Below are positions 61,890 to 64,000 of a stretch of DNA of 64,000 bases, piece by piece (within the stretch, counting starts at the first letter, position 1; each line of letters opens with the position of its first letter). The translations under genes and the position numbers were made by a program. The notes beneath the pieces were generated by a model, which did no database searches, was not told the DNA's origin, and saw only the letters and a program-made list of their open reading frames with translations. Source of the stretch: a virus; IMG/VR virus record IMGVR_UViG_3300047564_002270, positions 32,001 through 96,000 of that record; one strand, 5' to 3'.

Positions 61890-64000
61890 ATGTCTATTAT
61901 TCAGATGTTATTCACTGGTGGTGGAACTTTTTTGAGTAATGAATTTCCCACCACAGGAAATGCTAAACCATTAACTACAGTAATTCCTTTCGTAGAAAGT
62001 AATTTTCTTATTCCTACCGGAGTTTCTAATATTACCGCTCAAGTATGGGGTGGTGGAGGAGCTTCTGGTTCTTGTTATTTTGGAACCAGTGGTGCCGGTG
62101 GTGGAGGTGGATACGTTTCTGCGTCTATTCCGGTTTCTGATTTGGGCATTACTGCTCTTACTATAAGATCGGGTGGTGGTGGAGGAAATCCAACTTATTA
62201 TACAATACCTTCAGATGAATATACAGCCCAAAACACTTCTACTATTGAATTTGTTGGAGGAGAATCTGCTTCAAGTGCCCCAACCTATAATACAATTGCT
62301 CTCAGAGGAACGTCTTCTTCTTCAAGTTCTTTATCAGTTTCTACGATTACTTTTGTTGGTTCAGTTTCTGGAACTACTGTAACTTCTTTAACTTTACCAG
62401 CAACTCAGGAAGGAGACATTGTTATAATAGCATCTGCTGCAGATCAAAATGCTGTAATTATACCTACAGGATACACATTTATTAACCTTGATGCAACAGC
62501 AGCAAGTTATACGCTATCATATAAAGTGATGGGAGCAGTTCCAGACACTGAGATTACTGGTTTGCAGGACACTAACGGCACCGGTGCTGGTGTAAGAAAT
62601 GTTGCTCACCTTGCTATGGTTTTTAGGGGAGTATCTGCAACAAATCCAATTATTGAAACTGCCGCTCCTATTAATAATGCTCCCATTTCAACTAATATAC
62701 TGTTACCAGATGTTACTGTGGATAGTGTTGGTTGTATGTCAGTTGCATTTGGATTTTTAGACGATGTTGGTGCAAATGTTACTGCCAGTCCTACTGGTTA
62801 TTCACCATCAATAAGTCAAATAGCAGATGCTATAGACCCAGCAAATCCAAACAATGATGAAGTGACTATTATGTCTGCATTCAGGCTTTTAACTGCTAGT
62901 GGATTGGAAAATCCTGACCAATTTACAGTTGATAACAATGATAATTATAGTTCATTTACATTAGCATTAAGACCCCAAAAGACTATAACCCCACCCTCAT
63001 CAACATTACCTTTACCAACAAACACTCAAGTGGGAGATTTTCTTTTAGTTGCCTCAGTTGCTGATGGATCTACCTTACCTTTAAATCTTCCATCGGCATT
63101 TGATGGTATAACTACGACTCCATACGCAAACATATCTAATGCCAATGCAACAAATACTGCTTCTTATAGGTTGTCCTGGAGAAGAGTGTCTTCATTAGCA
63201 GAAACTATAACCAACTTATCGACAGAGGGAATTATTGATAGTGGGCTTACTGGGATTGCTAATGGAGAACCGGCAGGGGTTGCGCATTTCGCAATGTCTT
63301 TTAGTAATGTAGACACACTTAACCCATTTATCAGTGCAGTATCTTCTGCAACAGGAAACCCAGATCCTCCAGCAACAACAAATTTGAATATTGGTGGATA
63401 TATGGCAGTTGCATTTGGATTTTTAGATAATGTAAGTCAAATTCCATCTACACTTCCAACTGGTTATGTTAGTGGTGGTGATATTAGAGTTGGAACAGAT
63501 GCAAATGGAGCTAATGAAGCATCTATAATGACTGCTTATAGAATAAGACCTAATACTGGTATTGAAAACCCAGCATCCTTCACAGTTTCGGGAACCAATC
63601 CATACACAGCAATCACTGTTGCATTAAGACCCAGTCTACAAAGTTCTGGTGCTTTAACCCAACTTCCTCTTCCGTTAGGGTCTGCTGCAGGGGACATTGT
63701 ATTTTGCTCTTCAGTTGCTGATGGAGGAACTTTAAATCCACCACCTGGTTTTATTGGGATTAGTTCAAGTGTTGGTAATGATAATGTTTCTTATCAATTA
63801 TCATATAAAATATTAGCAGCAGGAGAAACTTTAATAACAGGATTAACTCCAGCAGGGGCCATTGATGGCGGTGCCGGTGATGGAGATCCTGCTGGTGTTG
63901 CTCACGCTTGTTTAGTTTTTAGGGGATTTGATCCTGCAAGCCCACCAACCTCAACAATAGCAACTGGAACAGGAAACCCAGATCCACCAAACATTACAGG
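61890..64000 (+). CDS. tail-fibre-associated structural protein, truncated at window end
   Basis: MSIIQMLF...VWGGGG glycine-rich domain then repeated beta-rich domains; appears to run off the edge (frame not checked codon by codon). Confidence 0.75.
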   Translation, partial: MSIIQMLFTGGGTFLSNEFPTTGNAKPLTTVIPFVESNFLIPTGVSNITAQVWGGGGASGSCYFGTSGAGGGGGYVSASIPVSDLGITALTIRSGGGGGNPTYYTIPSDEYTAQNTSTIEFVGGESASSAPTYNTIALRGTSSSSSSLSVSTITFVGSVSGTTVTSLTLPATQEGDIVIIASAADQNAVIIPTGYTFINLDATAASYTLSYKVMGAVPDTEITGLQDTNGTGAGVRNVAHLAMVFRGVSATNPIIETAAPINNAPISTNILLPDVTVDSVGCMSVAFGFLDDVGANVTASPTGYSPSISQIADAIDPANPNNDEVTIMSAFRLLTASGLENPDQFTVDNNDNYSSFTLALRPQKTITPPSSTLPLPTNTQVGDFLLVASVADGSTLPLNLPSAFDGITTTPYANISNANATNTASYRLSWRRVSSLAETITNLSTEGIIDSGLTGIANGEPAGVAHFAMSFSNVDTLNPFISAVSSATGNPDPPATTNLNIGGYMAVAFGFLDNVSQIPSTLPTGYVSGGDIRVGTDANGANEASIMTAYRIRPNTGIENPASFTVSGTNPYTAITVALRPSLQSSGALTQLPLPLGSAAGDIVFCSSVADGGTLNPPPGFIGISSSVGNDNVSYQLSYKILAAGETLITGLTPAGAIDGGAGDGDPAGVAHACLVFRGFDPASPPTSTIATGTGNPDPPNIT

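Noticed and set aside
1-64000. CRISPR array, DGR or retron
   Set aside because: No regularly spaced direct repeats with spacers and no reverse transcriptase; the only tandem repeats are coding linkers
1-64000. Stop-codon reassignment suggested by the large tRNA set
   Set aside because: No CTA/TTA/TCA anticodon tRNA; conserved genes are full-length in code 11 and end at TAA, TAG and TGA

Overview
64 kb segment of a T4-like cyanomyovirus (Kyanoviridae-like; psbA/psbD/hli/cp12/speD/phoH plus T4 core genes g33, g59, g32, g53, g48, g4, g26, g51, g5). In order: (1) 0.3-11.5 kb, a tRNA array (22 tRNA genes plus one aberrant tRNA-like gene). It is interleaved with four free-standing endonuclease genes and several unexplained structured RNA spacers, and is interrupted at 3.4-7.6 kb by a late-promoter cassette (structured leader, hendecad coiled-coil protein, GPP collagen, fibre-like protein, papain-family protease, two Tyr-rich peptides, membrane coiled-coil). 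(2) 12-19.3 kb, a manA-like RNA and a GDP-fucose/colitose plus glycosyltransferase cluster. (3) 19.4-30 kb, host-derived genes (SLH porin, pstS, two hli, petF, peroxiredoxin, psbA, F-CphI-like endonuclease, psbD) and lysis-type genes. (4) 30-41 kb, metabolism/replication genes, including a tandem glutamine riboswitch. (5) 41-64 kb, the baseplate/tail module. Best leads: the coiled-coil/collagen/protease/Tyr-peptide cassette; a probable -1 frameshift fusing gp26 to gp51; endonuclease genes that end in tRNAs and start in hairpins tied to late promoters; odd tRNAs and interstitial ncRNAs. All calls come from reading the sequence by eye; no searches were run.
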